Position numbers and translations under genes: made by a program
Assembly (NCBI RefSeq): GCF_016432865.1
Contig: NC_067400.1
Location: 519,932,001-519,996,000, forward strand
Direction: 5' to 3'
Length of the DNA stretch: 64,000 bases
Source: Antechinus flavipes
Taxonomy: Eukaryota
Part shown: piece by piece, positions 1-12,970 of the stretch
Layout of the letters: each line of letters begins with the position of its first letter
How positions within the stretch are numbered: the stretch's first letter is position 1
The notes under the pieces: model-generated
Told to the model about the DNA's origin: nothing
Seen by the model: the letters and a program-made list of their open reading frames with translations, nothing else
Databases searched by the model: none

Positions 1-453
1 AACCAGGAGATCATTATACACTTCGACAACGATATTGTATGAGGATGTATTCTGATGGAAGTGGATTTCTATGACAAAGAGACTTAACTGAGTTTCATTG
101 GATAAATGATGGACAGAAACAGCTACACCCAAAGAAGGAATACTGGGAAATGAATGAGAACTATTTGATTTTTGATTTTCTTCCCGAGTTATTTTTACCT
201 TCTGAATCCAATTCTCCCTGTGCAGCGGGAGAACTGTTCGGTTCTGCAAATATGTATTGTATCTAGGATATACTGCAACATATTTAACATATATAGGACT
301 GCTTGCCATCTTGGGGGGGGGGAGGAGGGAGGGAGGGGAAAAAACGAAACATAAGTGATTGCAAGGGATAATGCTGTGTAAAAATTATCCTGGCATGGAT
401 TCTGTCAATACAAAGTTATTATTAAGTAAAATTAAATTTAAAAAAAAAAAAAA
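1..453 (+). mobile_element. Young L1 3' end (ORF2 tail, 3'UTR, G-rich tract, poly(A)); continues upstream of the window
   Basis: Marsupial L1 3'UTR with retained CpGs, G-tract at ~312-337 and A-tail ending at 453; near-identical to the copy at 27609-27832. Confidence 0.9.
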
Positions 454-3400
454 AGGAAATGAGGCCTTTATCAAAATGTTTGACTGTAAAAATGTTTTCC
501 CAGTTTATTTTTTCCCTTCTAATCTTGTCTCTAATCTTAGTTTTGTTTGTACAAAAACTTTTCAGTTTGATATAATCAAAATGTTCTATTTTGTAGTTAA
601 TAGTGATCTCTAGTTCTTCTTTGGTCATAAATTCCTTCCCCTTCCACAGGTCTGAGAGGTAAACTATCCTATGCTCTTCCAATTTATTTATAATCTCATT
701 CTTTATGCCTAGGTCATGAACCCATTTTGACCTTATCTTGGTATACAGTGTTAAGTGTGGGTCAATGCCTAGTTTCTGCCATACTAATTTCCAATTTTCC
801 AGCAATTTTTATCAAATAATGCGTTCTTATCCCAAAAACTGGGGTCTTTGGGTTTGTCAAACACTATATTATTAAAATTATTGGCTGCTTTGTCCTTTGA
901 ACCTAACCTATCCCATTGATCAACTAGTCTATTTCTTAGCCAATATCAGATGGTTTTAGTAACCACTGCTTTATAATATAATTTTAGATCTGGTACAGCT
1001 AGGCCACCTTCATTTGATTTTTTTTTTCATTAATTCCCTTGAAATTCTTGACCTTTTGTTTTTCCATATAAACTTTGTTATTTTTTCTAGGTCATTAAAA
1101 TAGTTTTTTGGGAGTCTGATTGGTATAGCGCTAAATAAATAGATTAGTTTAGGTAGTATTGTCATCTTTATTTTATTTGCTTGTCCAATTGAAGAGCATT
1201 TAATATTTTCCAGTTGGTTAGATCAGACTCAATTTGTGTGGAAAGTGTTTTGTAGTTTTGCTCATAAAATTTCTGATTTTCCCTTGGCAGATAGATTCCT
1301 AAATATTTTATACAATCAGTAGTTACTTTAAATGGAATTTCTCTTTGTAACTCTAACTGTTGGGTTTTGTTAGTGATATGGGTTTATTTTGTATCCTGCA
1401 ACTTTGCTAAAGGTGTGGATTGTTTCTAAAAACTTTTTTAGTAGAACCTCTGGGGTTCTCTAAATATGCCATCATATCATCAGCAAAGAGTGATAATTTG
1501 GTTTCCTCATTGCCTATTCTTATTCCTTTAATCTCTTTCTCAACTCTTAATACCAAAGCTAGCATTTCTAATACAATATTAAATAGTAACAGTGATAGTG
1601 GGCAGCCTTGTTTCACTCCTGATCTTATTGGGAATGGTTACAGTTTGTCCCCATTACATATGATTCTTACTGATGGTTTTAAATAGATGCTACTGATTAT
1701 TTTAAGGAAAAGTCCATTTATTCCTATACTCTCAAGTGTTTTTAATAGGAATGGATGTTGGATTTTATCAAATGCTTTTTCTGCATCTGTTGAGATGATC
1801 ATATGGTTTTTGTTAATTTGGTTATTAATAGGCCAATTATACTGATAGTTTTCCTAATATTGAACCAGCCCTGATTCCTGGTATAAATCCTACTTAATCG
1901 TGTTGTATTATCCTGGAGATGGTTTTCTGTAGTCTTTTTGCTAATATCTTATTTAGGATTTTAGCATTAATATTCATTAGGGAGATTGGTCTATAATTTT
2001 CTTTCTCTGTTATCAACCTACCTGGTTTAGGTATCAGTACCATGTCTGTGTCATAAAAGGAATTTGGTAGAACTCCTTCATTCCCTATTTTTTCAAATAG
2101 TTTATAAAGCATTGAGGCTAATTGTTCTTTGAATGTTTGGTAGAATTCACATGTAAATCCATCTGGTCCCGGGGATTTTTTTTTAGGGAGTTGATTAATA
2201 GCTTCTTCTATTTCTTTTTCTGAAATGGGACTATTTAAGCAATTTACTTCCTCCTCTATTAATCTGGGAAGCCTATATTTTTGGAGGTAGTCATCCATTT
2301 CGCTTATGTTATCAAATTTATTGGCATAAAGTTGGGCAAAGTAACCCCTTATTATTTCTTTAATTTCCTCTTAGTGGAAAGTTTCCCCTTTTCATTTTTA
2401 AGACTACTAATTTGATTTTCCTCTCTCCTTTTTCTAATCAGATTTACCAAAGGTTTATCAATTTTATTGTTTTTTCATAAAACCAACTCTTAGTTTTATT
2501 TTTAAGTTCAATAGTTTTTTTTTTATTTTCAATATTATTAATTTCTCCTTTTAATTTTAGAATTCCAATTTTAGTAATTGATTGGGAGTTTTTAATTTGT
2601 TTTTTTTTCTAGCTTTTAAGTTGCAAGCCCAATTTGTTGATCTTCTCTTTCTCTGTTTTATTCAAGTAAGCCTCTAAGGATATAAAATTTCCCCGTATTA
2701 CCACTTTGGCTGCATCCCACAAATTTTGGTATGATGTCTCATCGTTGTCATTATCTTGAGTGAAATTATTAATTGTGTCTATAATTTGCTGTTTCACCCA
2801 ATCATTCTTTAAGATGAGATTATTTGGTTTCCAATTACTTTTTGGTCTATTTACATCTAACTTTTTGTTGAATGTAGTTTTTATTGCATTGTGATCTAAA
2901 AAGAAAGCATTTACTATTTCTGCCTTCCTGCATTTAATTTTGAGGTCTTTATGTCCTAATATATGGTCAATTTTTGTGTAGGTTCCATGAACTGCTGAGA
3001 AGAAAATATACTCCTTTCTGTCACCATTGAGTTTTCTCCAGAGATCTATCATACCTAATTTTTCTAATATTCTATTTACCTCTTTAATTTCTTTATTTGT
3101 TCTGTGATTTGATTTATCTAAATCTGAGAGTGCAAGATTGAGATCTCCTGCTATTATAGTTTTGCTGTCTATTTCTTCTCGCAACTCCCTTAACTTTTCC
3201 TTTAGGAAGTTAGATGCTATACCACTTGGTCATATATGTTTAATATTGATATTGCTTCAATGTCTATAGTAACATATAGCAAGGTAGTTTCCTTCTTTAT
3301 CTCTTTTAATTGGATCAATTTTTGCTTTTGCTTGATCTGAGATAAGGATGGCTACCCCTGCTTTTGTGACTTCACCTGAAGCATAATAGATTCTGCTCCA

Positions 3401-3571
3401 ACCTCTTACTTTTATTCTGTATGTATCTCCCTGTTTTAAATGTGTTTCCTATAAACAACCTATTGATGGGTTCTGACTTTTGATCCAGTCTGCTATCTGC
3501 CTCCTCTTTATGGGAGAGTTCATCCCATTCACATTCATGGTTAAAATTACTAATTCTGTATTTCCTGCCAT
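454..3571 (-). pseudogene. L1 ORF2 (endonuclease + reverse transcriptase), disrupted
   Basis: ATG at 3571: MAGNTELVILTMNVNGMNSPIKR...CL*ETH (premature TAG); EN motifs GDLN and SKID/DH-like; RT FADD; multiple frameshifts. Confidence 0.93.
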
Positions 3572-4058
3572 CTTAATATCCCCAGATTATGCTTTTCTTT
3601 TTCTTGCCTCCCTTCCCCCCTTCCCTAGTATTAAACTTATTGGTCCCACTTGCATCATGCAGCTCTCCCTCTTTAAGATCCCTCCTTCCTCCCTTTGAAT
3701 CCCTTCCCCTTTCTTGTACCTTTCCCTTATTACTCTTTTTTCCTTTTCCCTTTTCCTCTCCCACTTTTTAATGAGGTGAGAGAAGATTCTCTGTAAAACT
3801 AATATGTCAATTATTTCCTCTTTGAGCCGACTCTGATGAGAGTAGGATGCACACAATATTCTTCCCCTTCTCTAAGTTCTCTCAGATATGATAGGTTTCC
3901 TTTGCCTCATCGTCACATGTAGTTTCCCTCTTTTTATTTCCCCTTTTCCCTTTTTCTGACACTCCCCTTTCCATTTCTACTTCCCTTTTTTATGTTGTAT
4001 CGGTAAAATCAAATTATACATGTGGTTTTTATGTATATTCACAACAGAAATACAGTTC

Positions 4059-5196
4059 TCAAGAGTTCCTTTTACCTTTTTCTACTTCTCTTGAGTCCTG
4101 TTGTTGGAGATCAAATTTTTTGCTTAAGTCTGGTTTTTTCCTTAAAAACAAATGGAATTCCTCTGTTTCATTAAATGTCCATCTTCTTCCATGGAAAAAA
4201 AGGCTCAGCTTGGCTGGATAGTTTATTCTTGGCTGCATTCCAAGCTCTTTTGCCTTTCAGAATATGAGATTCAGGACCTTCACTCCTTTAATGTTGAGGC
4301 AGCCAGATCTTGCGTGACCCTTATTGTGGCATCTTGGTATTTGAATTGTTTTTTTCCTGGCTGCTTGTAATATTTTTTCTTTAGTCTGAAAATTCTGAAA
4401 TTTGGCCACAATATTCCTCGGGGTCTTTATTTTAGGGTCTTTTTCAGAAAGTATTCGATGAATTCTTTCAATGCCTATTTTCCCTTCCGGTTCTATTACT
4501 TCTGGGAAGTTCTCTTTGATGATTTCCTGTAAAATAGTATCTAGGCTCTTTTTTTCATCATAATTTTCAGATAGTCCAATGATCCTCAGGTTATCTCTCC
4601 TAGATCTATTTTCCAGGTCTGTTGTTTTTCCAAGTAAATATTTGACATTTTTTTCCAATCTTTCATTTTTTGGTTTTGCTTGATTTATTCTTGATGTCTC
4701 AATGAATCAATCATTTCTATTTGTTCAGTTCTGATTTCTAGTGAGTTATTTTCTTTATTAGTTTTTTTTTTTTTTTTTTACTTCTTTTTGTATATGTCCA
4801 ATTGAGTTTTTAAATGAGTTGTTTTGCTCTATGGAATTTTTTTTCCATTTCACTAATTTTTTTTTTTTTTTTAGTGAGTTATTTTCTTTTCCCAATTCAC
4901 AGATCCTACTTTCTTGGGAATTCTTAACCTTTTCCAATTCACAAATTCTGTTTCCCTGCACTTCTTGGGAGTTTTTTACCTTTTCCAATTCACATTTCAG
5001 GAAGTTGTTGCTCTCTTGCATAGCTTCTCTTTCCTTTCCCCATTTCTCTTCTAGCTCTCTTTTAAGTTTTTAATAGTCTTCTCTAGGAGAGCCAACATTT
5101 GTCTGGAGACTGTCTGCTATTAGTTTCTTCAGGGTTGAAAAGCTGTTCTCTTTCTGTATAGAAACTATCAATCGTTCTTTTGATTTTTTTACTCAT
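4059..5196 (-). pseudogene. L1 ORF1 (coiled coil, RRM, CTD), frameshifted
   Basis: ATG ~5196, stop ~4059; DLENRSRRDNLRIIGL, IERIHR, PRNIVAKFQNF motifs; frameshifts mostly in A-runs. Confidence 0.9.
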
Positions 5197-6137
5197 TTTG
5201 TTAAAGCCTGTAAGGTCTGCCTTCAGAGCCAGGAGGTTACCAGCTTCCTCTGCAGAGCAGTGAAAGGTATATAGACGGGGTAGCTGTCCTGCCTACCGGC
5301 TACAAAAAGCAGGGAGGTACAGGAGTGCTCTGGGAAAGAGTTCCCCACCCAGGAGTAACTCAGGCCTACAGGGCCAGACTGGGAAAGTGCCCTGCAAAGA
5401 ACCCTCGCTGTGTGAGATAACGACTGCCCTGGGGCTAGATGCTGAGCAGTGAGAGTTTCACTGCCCCAGGGCAAATCCCGCCCTGGAGCTGTGGGTGTTA
5501 GCAGTTGAGCAGTGAATGGCCCTGCAGGGACTGGAAGTGTCTGCCCTGGAAGCACAATCTTCTGGGGAGGTTCTATTGCCCCAGGATGAGCCCCCCACTC
5601 TGCCGATCAGAGGCTGCCCCGGCTGTGCCCCCTTGCTGTGCAGATTAGTAACTGCCCCCGCAAAAGCCCCGAACTGCAGGATGTGGCCACAGGGCTGCGG
5701 TAAAGTCTGCCTGAGTCACTTCCGGGTTTGAGGGGTTACAGCCAGATCTCCTTAGGTTCTGGCGTTTTTTAGAGGACCCTCTGTTTCAGACTTTAATCTC
5801 TCTGCCAGTTTACTGCTTTGTAGTTAAGGCAGAGCAGTTCGCCTCTAGCAGAGTCATCTCTATAACTTCTCTAGCCACAGAGATCACCCCGCCCCTGGTC
5901 TGCTCAGGACGCTAGCCTCTCCCTGCCTGTGCTAGTCTGTTCCTGGCCCCTCAGGACAAACCTTTCCTGGCGAGCTTCGGGATTGACTTGGGCTGGTGAG
6001 TTGTAGTGCTTCTAATCTTCATGAATTTAAGCAGTGAAGAGTTATTTTTGAGGCTGGATTAAATAGTTGGTTATGAGGGGAAGGAAAGGAGCTTAGAGAG
6101 TCGTGTGTGCCTGCTCCGCCATCTTGGCTCCACTCCC
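5197..6137 (-). promoter_or_regulatory. L1 5'UTR / internal promoter region
   Basis: GC-rich, CpG-retaining block upstream of ORF1, beginning with the GCCAAGATGGCGG (YY1-type) motif. Confidence 0.7.
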
Positions 6138-7825
6138 AAGCATATTTTCTTTAACTTTATTTTTCTTTTTTTTTACAATATAGAAATATGTATAATGTGT
6201 ATTACATTGCTTGCCTTCTCAGTGAGTTGAGAAGGGGCAGGAGGGAAAGAGAGAATTGAGAACTAAAAATGTTTTAAAGTTGTGAGAATTAGTTTTACAT
6301 TTTCTTCCATTTATCTCTAAGACTTTTTTCCTCCAAATTATGAGTTTTTCCTTCTTCTACCATAAACACAATATTGTATCTTTTCAGCTTTTTTTTTTTT
6401 TTAAGATAGCTTTATTCCCACCAACTAGCTTTCAATAATCTTTAAGCACCATTCACTATTACTTTTTTCCCTTTCCTTTGTTTTTGGAGTTTTGATTATT
6501 TCTTTTTCTTGCTTTTATCTGGTTTTTTAATTCTTCTCCTTTTTTTCCCCACTCAGTTTAAATATTCAAATAGAATCACCATTTTCTGCACATTTTTCTA
6601 AAATGGATTTCTTTCTCTCATTCTATTCATTATTTATCTTTCTATTTTGTTTACTTTATTCTTTTATTCATTGATATGTGGCATTTATGCTTTTTAAAGT
6701 CTTCATTCTTTGTATTCCTCACAAAATTGACATTTTTGAGGTACCTATTTTGGCTTTTGTTTCCTCCTCCCCTTGTCTGTTGTGTTTCACTCTTAAAAGT
6801 ATCAATTTTCAGATGATAGAGTAGATATTTCCTCCTGGTAGGAACTTTCCTATGTCCCTGATTGTACAGTAAATTATTGACTAATGCCTTCTTCTTGGTT
6901 TCTATCTCCTCATTTGCCTCACAACCTATTATTCTGGGTTCATGTCCTGGGTATCACATATTCTGATTCTCCCTCTGAGAGAAATGTTTGCAAATTATAA
7001 GCATTGTAAAATGTTAGTCTTCTTTTGTAGAATATCTTTCTTCTCCCATAGAAATATTTATCTGTGATATCGCTTCTTAACAATGAAACAAAGTTTCCCT
7101 CTGTACCTCACTTTTTCAGTTCTTCCTTTTGTCCCCTTACCCGTTCTCTTCAAGGCCTTCTTCCTGAGAAACTACAGGAGTTACTTTCTTTACATTGTTA
7201 ATGTTTGACTTGATAGGGTATATCATATATTCCTCTCTTTCTTCTTCCACCTCTCCTCTTTTTTATACATCCTCCTATTGTGTAATTTAGTAATTGATTC
7301 ACCTATGGGTGAAACATTGTAAGATTTAGTTCAGTAAGGCCTATTCCTCTACCATCCCTTTGATTTTGCTTCTACTTTCACCTTTTTCTCCTCTGTATAT
7401 TTAGAAAGCAGTTTTTTTCTGGTTTCTCTGTTCTTATTTTGCTGTTGTTGTTGTCATCCTAGATTAATGCATTTGTTTACCTTTTTCGTAATTTGGCTGT
7501 CTAGGGTACTTGAAAAACAAATAATCTCTTCAAATCTGGTTTTCTTTTTAGGAATGTTTTGAATGCCTCTTTTATTATTCAATATCCATTTTCATTTATA
7601 GTTAGGTTCATATTTTCAGGATAGTTCGCCTCGGGCTACATCTTGAACTCCATTGTTCTTTGGAATATAATCATTATTCCATTCCCTTCTGCATTTTATG
7701 ATGGCTATAGAGTAATCTTGTATTTCTTTATATTTCAGGGGCTTTCTCCTACTTACTTGTAGAATTTGTTGTTTCTCAATGGAATCTTCACATTTAACCA
7801 CTATGAGTTTTGAAGTTTGCACCCA

Positions 7826-8049
7826 TGGTTTTTTGTTTGTTTGTTTGTTTGTTTGTTTGTTTGTTTTTGTTTTAATTAAAGCTTTTTATTTACAAAGCAT
7901 ATGCATGGGTAATTTTTCTAGCATTGACCCTTACAAAACCTTTTGTTCCAAATTTTCCCCTCCTTCTCCCCACTTCCTCTCCTAGCTAGCAGGTAGTCCA
8001 ACACATATTAAATATGTTAAACTACATATATACATATATATATATGTAT

Positions 8050-8104
<55 letters not shown>

Positions 8105-8245
8105 ATATATATACAGTTCTTTTGGTGCACAAGAAAAATCAGGTCAAAAAGGAAGGAAAAAAAATGCAAGCAAATAACAGAGAGAATGAGAATGCTATAT
8201 TGTGTTCCACACTCTGTTCCCACAGTTCTCTCTCTGGTGCAACCT
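7826..8245 (-). mobile_element. 5'-truncated L1 3' end with (TTTG)n-degenerated tail and internal (TA)n
   Basis: L1 3'UTR sequence; imperfect TSD tgcacccatggttttt / tgcaaccttggttttt. Confidence 0.8.
8026..8113. repeat. (TA)n microsatellite
   Basis: Direct reading. Confidence 0.95.
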
Positions 8246-10576
8246 TGGTTTTTGTGGATTTGTTTTTTTCTGAAGGTGATCTCTGGATCATTTTGATTAG
8301 TCCTTTGTTTTCTGTTTCTGAAATCCTAGTCAATTTTCTTGTATTATTTCTGGCATGACTTTTCATGTTTTTCTGGGAGACCTATAAGGAAAACCTTAAG
8401 TTTTCTCACAAATTCTGCCTTTTAGACAATAATTTTTTTGTTGTTGCTTGGAAAGCATGCTTTGGAGTTGGGGAGTGGGTGCTTCATGTAGATCTTTTCT
8501 TTTTTTAATTATTTTTTTTTTTTTTACATTTTAAGGTCCAAAGAGTCTCTCTCATTCTTCTTCCCTCTCCATTCTTCACAAGAGAAGACATTTCATACAC
8601 ATACACATATATGTGTGTGTGTACATTTGTGTATATGTAAAACCATACTATGCATACTTCTATTTATCAGTTCTTTTTCTGGAGATAGATAACATCTTCC
8701 TTCTTAGATCCTTTGTAGTTTGAATATTTATAATACTCAGAATAAATTAGTTGTTCACAGTTATTCCTTAATTAAGATTGCTGTTACTTTATCCAATGTT
8801 CTCTTGTTTCTCCTCATTTCACTCTTCATTATTTTATGCAAGCCTTATCATATTTTTTTCAAAATCAACCTGTTCATTTTTTAAAACACAACAATATTCC
8901 ATCACAATTATATGCCACAAATTTTAAGCCATTCCCCTATTGATGGAGATATCCTCAATTTTCAGTTCCTTGTTATGATCACAGAGAGCTGCTATAAATA
9001 TTTTAGAACACATAGGATTTTTTCCCCTTTCCTTGATCACCTTGGGAAAGACCTACTAGTCATATTGCTAGTCAAAATACATTAGTATCAACTGGGAAAA
9101 ATTTTTAGTGGAATACTGTACTGATCCAAAAATTTGGAGAGCCATATAGAATTGTGCCCAAAGAGTTCTAAAAATGTGCAGACTACAATTTTGATTGACA
9201 AGCAATTTGCTTTTTGACTAGCAACAGGACTATTAGATCTTTCCCAAGGAAATCATAAAGGAGGGAAAAGGACCCATATGTGAAAAAATGTTTGGAGCAG
9301 CTCTTTTTGTGATGGCAAAGGATTGGGAAAGGAGTTGATGCCCATCAATTGTGGAATGGCTGAACAAGTTATGATACATGAAGGTAATGGACTATTATTT
9401 TTCTATAAAAAATGAACAAGCTGATTATAGAAAGGGCTGGAAAGATTTACATGAACTGATGCTGAGTGAAACAAGCAGAACCAAGAATACATTGTACATA
9501 ATAACAGCAAGAATGTGATATGATCAGTAATGAAAGGCTTGGTTCTTCTCAGTGGTTCATGGATCCAAAGCAATCCCATTAGATTTTGAACAGAAAATGC
9601 CATCTGCAACCAGAAAAAGAACTAAGGAGACTGAATATAAATTAATAATGCTATCTATGTTCACTTCTTTTTTCGTTTTTTTTTATCTCTCCCATGATTT
9701 TTCTCTTTTGCTCTGATTTTCTCTCCCAATATAATTTATAAAACAATATGTATTAAAAATAAACTTTAAAAAATTTCCCCAATTTTACATCCCCTCAAAT
9801 ATTTATCATTTCCCCATTCTAATTTTAGCCAATCTGATACATGCAAGATATCTTAAAGTTGATTTAATTTGCATTTCTTTAATCAATGATGATTTAGACC
9901 ATTTTTCATAGATAAATATTTTCGATTTCTTCATCAAATAACTGCCTGTTCATATCCTTTGACCATTTATCAATTGGAAAATGAATCATGTTCTTAGAAA
10001 TTATATATTTGAGATGAGTATTATATATTTGAGATGTGAAATCTTTATCTCAGAAACTCTATAAATTTCCATTTATCTGCTTTCCTTTAAATCTTGGCTA
10101 TATTTGTTTTATTTGTGAAATAATTTTTAAATTAGTAATGTCTTTTGTTATCACTACTTGTTTCTCTTTTTCCAGATTTTCCTTTGCTTCCATGTATTAG
10201 TGTTCCTAATTAGATATCCTTTGCCTTTACTTTGTTTCTTTGGTATGACGTTGCCGTGGGTTCAAGTTTTTTCTGTTCTGTCAATTCTGTCAATTCTATT
10301 CTGTCAATTATTTCTGTGCAAGTCATAAAATTTAGCTTTAAAATTTTTCATTTCTCTTTTAAACCATTCAGGAATAGCATGTTATGATTCCCCTGTTGTT
10401 TTCAAAATCCATATAATCTTCTACTTTATCAAGTTTTGAACCATTTTCTTTTTTTTGCAGTATTTATTCATCGATGCTTAGAAGATAAGCTTCTTTTACA
10501 AGATAGAAGTCATATTTTGTTGTTGTTAATGTCTTCCCTGTTGGTTTTCTCCTGCTTGTTTTCAAGCATTTACTAA

Positions 10577-10579
<3 letters not shown>

Positions 10580-10610
<31 letters not shown>
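10580..10610. repeat. T31 homopolymer
   Basis: Direct reading. Confidence 0.95.
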
Positions 10611-10612
<2 letters not shown>

Positions 10613-12739
10613 CCTAAAGTGCACCAAGTGACTCCTTTCTCTCTCTGTTGGCAGTTTTCCTGGGACTAGAACTCAGTATGTCTCAGCCTTTTCCCAAAGT
10701 AGGCAATTCATTTTATTAGTCTAAGTCCCAAATGACTTAGGAGGACAGAATTGACTCAAATTGAAGCTGAGCACTTTCTCTCAGGCTCAGAGAAATGCCA
10801 CAGCCCTCCACACATGATACTCTTCTGTTGCTTAATTCTCTAACTCAGCAGCACAGAACACTAGCATGCTGCTGCTGTTAAAATCTGAGCAAATTTCTGC
10901 TATTTTGGACGCTGGAACTCTGCAGCTTTGGGAAGATGGTCTCTGTTCTTACTTTGTTGTTGTTCTAGATTAATGTATTTATATATATATATTTCTGTTG
11001 TCAGGATGCTTGAGAAGCAAATAATCTTTTCAGATCTGGTTTACTTTCCAAGAATGTTTTGAGTGATTTTTAAATTATTGAACATTGATCTGTATTCATT
11101 TATGATTAGGTTCATATTTGCAGGGAAGTTCACCATGAAATGTATCTTGAACTTCATTGCTCTTTGGAAAACATCATTCCATTTCCGCCTGTAGCGGTGT
11201 AGCTAGTGTCCTGTAGCCTGGTGACTACAATATAGCCTCCTATTATGATAATTTCCCTTCCTTTATATTTTAAGGTCTTCCTCATGGTCACTTGCAGAAT
11301 TTTTTGTCTCTTAATGGAATTCTTAAATTTAACCATTATGTCTTGAAGTTTGCATTAGGAGGAGGAGGAGATTGGCATGCAGAGTTGAGCTTTGTTACAT
11401 GTATAGACACATGCCCTTCTATATTCCTTTTGTCCCTCCACTTTCCTGCAAAGTTCTGTTAAGACAGAGCACACTGTCATGCAGCTAGTGCAACCTAAGA
11501 AAATTTTTGTGGCTTGGAATGCTCATCTCTGAGGCACTGAGAAGAAGAAAGAATTATTAAAGTAGAAAATTGACTTGTGTTACAAGCACATGGGTTGATT
11601 TGTGTAGCCTGTTGCCAGAAGCTGATAATCAGTTGGTCTGTGGAAGAGATAGTGCTGAGTGAGTGCTTGTTGGGGGTTAGAGAATATTGCCATTCTTAGT
11701 GGCTAGTTAAGTTTTTACCTTATTAGGGTTCTTAGTGTCCTAAAACATGGAAATAGGTGGAATTGATTTATCTCTGGAATATAATTCATATTTTGGAGAG
11801 TTTTGAGTGGCTTTGAGAATTGAAGAAAGTTCTCCATCTTAGTAGCCACATGACCCAGAAGCCTGGAACATAGAATGTTAAACTTAGAATGCTAATAGAA
11901 TATAGAATGTTCATTTCAGAATGCAACATTAGATCTGTAAGGGATCTTGAACATCATCTCGTCCTTTCTTATCTATAAGGAAATAGAGAACCACAAACAA
12001 AAAATGACTAGCGCAAGTTCTTAGGGCATAAGAACATCAACTAGGCTAGAACAAAACAGAACAGAACAGAAATCTTATATGTCCCTCTAAAGTGCCTGAC
12101 TTTGAGGCTTCATTTGCAAAGGGAATTAGTAGTAGATCATAAGCTACTTGACGATAGGAGCTATTTCATTTTTATGTTGTGTTTCCAATGCCTATCACTG
12201 TGCATGGTACATAATAGGTTTATGTTGAATGATTATTAATTTGCTTTTGTATTTTTTCTAGCATCTATTTACAAAAATCTTTTACATCTATTGTCTTACT
12301 GATCCTTACTACAGCTTTATATGATAGGTAAGGAAAATTCCAATTTTAGGAAACCAAAGCTAAGAGAAGTTAAAAAGATGTTTCCCCCAAAAGTTACAGA
12401 GCTAGCAAGAGGACAAGGTGTAACTCAGATTTAGGTCTCCTGAGTCCTTTTTAAGCTTGTAGTCTAAACCCTCCAAGGTGATATTTAGAGAAGACAGATG
12501 ACCTAGTTAGCCCACATGATTAAGACTGGAATTTCAGAAGTTCAGAGGAACAAGATACTTTTACTCTTTTGACCCTTCAATCTGTCCTACACATTCCATC
12601 CAATGCTTCTGCATAGAAACTTAGGTTACTACTTTTCTCAAAAACTGTCAGTGGTTTTTTTTGCTGAGTAAAATCCAAATCTCTGAATCTGGCTTCTATA
12701 AACTAATGCCTTATATTCATACCACTCTTCTCCATGAAT

Positions 12740-12970
12740 ATTTCTTGTTGATGAGTCAGTTCAGTCACATCTGACTCTTTATAACCCTATTTGGAGTTTT
12801 CTTGGCAAAAATACTAGAGTGATTTTCCATTTCCTTCTCCAGCTCATTTGACAGATGAGGAAACTGAGGCAAAGTGAATACTTTGTCACACAGTTATTAA
12901 GTGTCTGAGTCAGATTTGAACTCAGGAAGATGAGTCTTCCAGACTTCGGGCCCAGCACTGTGCTACTATA
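12740..12970 (-). mobile_element. CORE-SINE (MAR1/MIR-type)
   Basis: ggagttttcttggcaaaa...gatgaggaaactgaggc...atttgaactcaggaagatgagtcttcc; similar copies at ~24440-24690 (-), ~44750-44950 (+), ~62138-62365 (+), ~62870-63135 (-). Confidence 0.8.

Larger units (their letters stand above)
454..6137 (-). mobile_element. Near-full-length, decayed L1 (5'UTR, ORF1, ~490-bp spacer, ORF2), interrupted at 453/454 by the younger L1
   Basis: 5' start GGGAGTGGAGCCAAGATGGCGG; ORF1 and ORF2 fragments in the ORF track (RSRRDNLRIIG; [10 protein letters not shown]; KQGCPLS...LFADDM). Confidence 0.95.
6140..11350. mobile_element. Mosaic of older L1/HAL1-like fragments, mostly antisense, with a sense L1 3' piece at ~9089-9776
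   Basis: T-rich antisense L1-like ORF1/EN remnants (7616-7822, 11154-11336) and L1 ORF2 C-terminal/3'UTR remnants; boundaries approximate. Confidence 0.7.
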
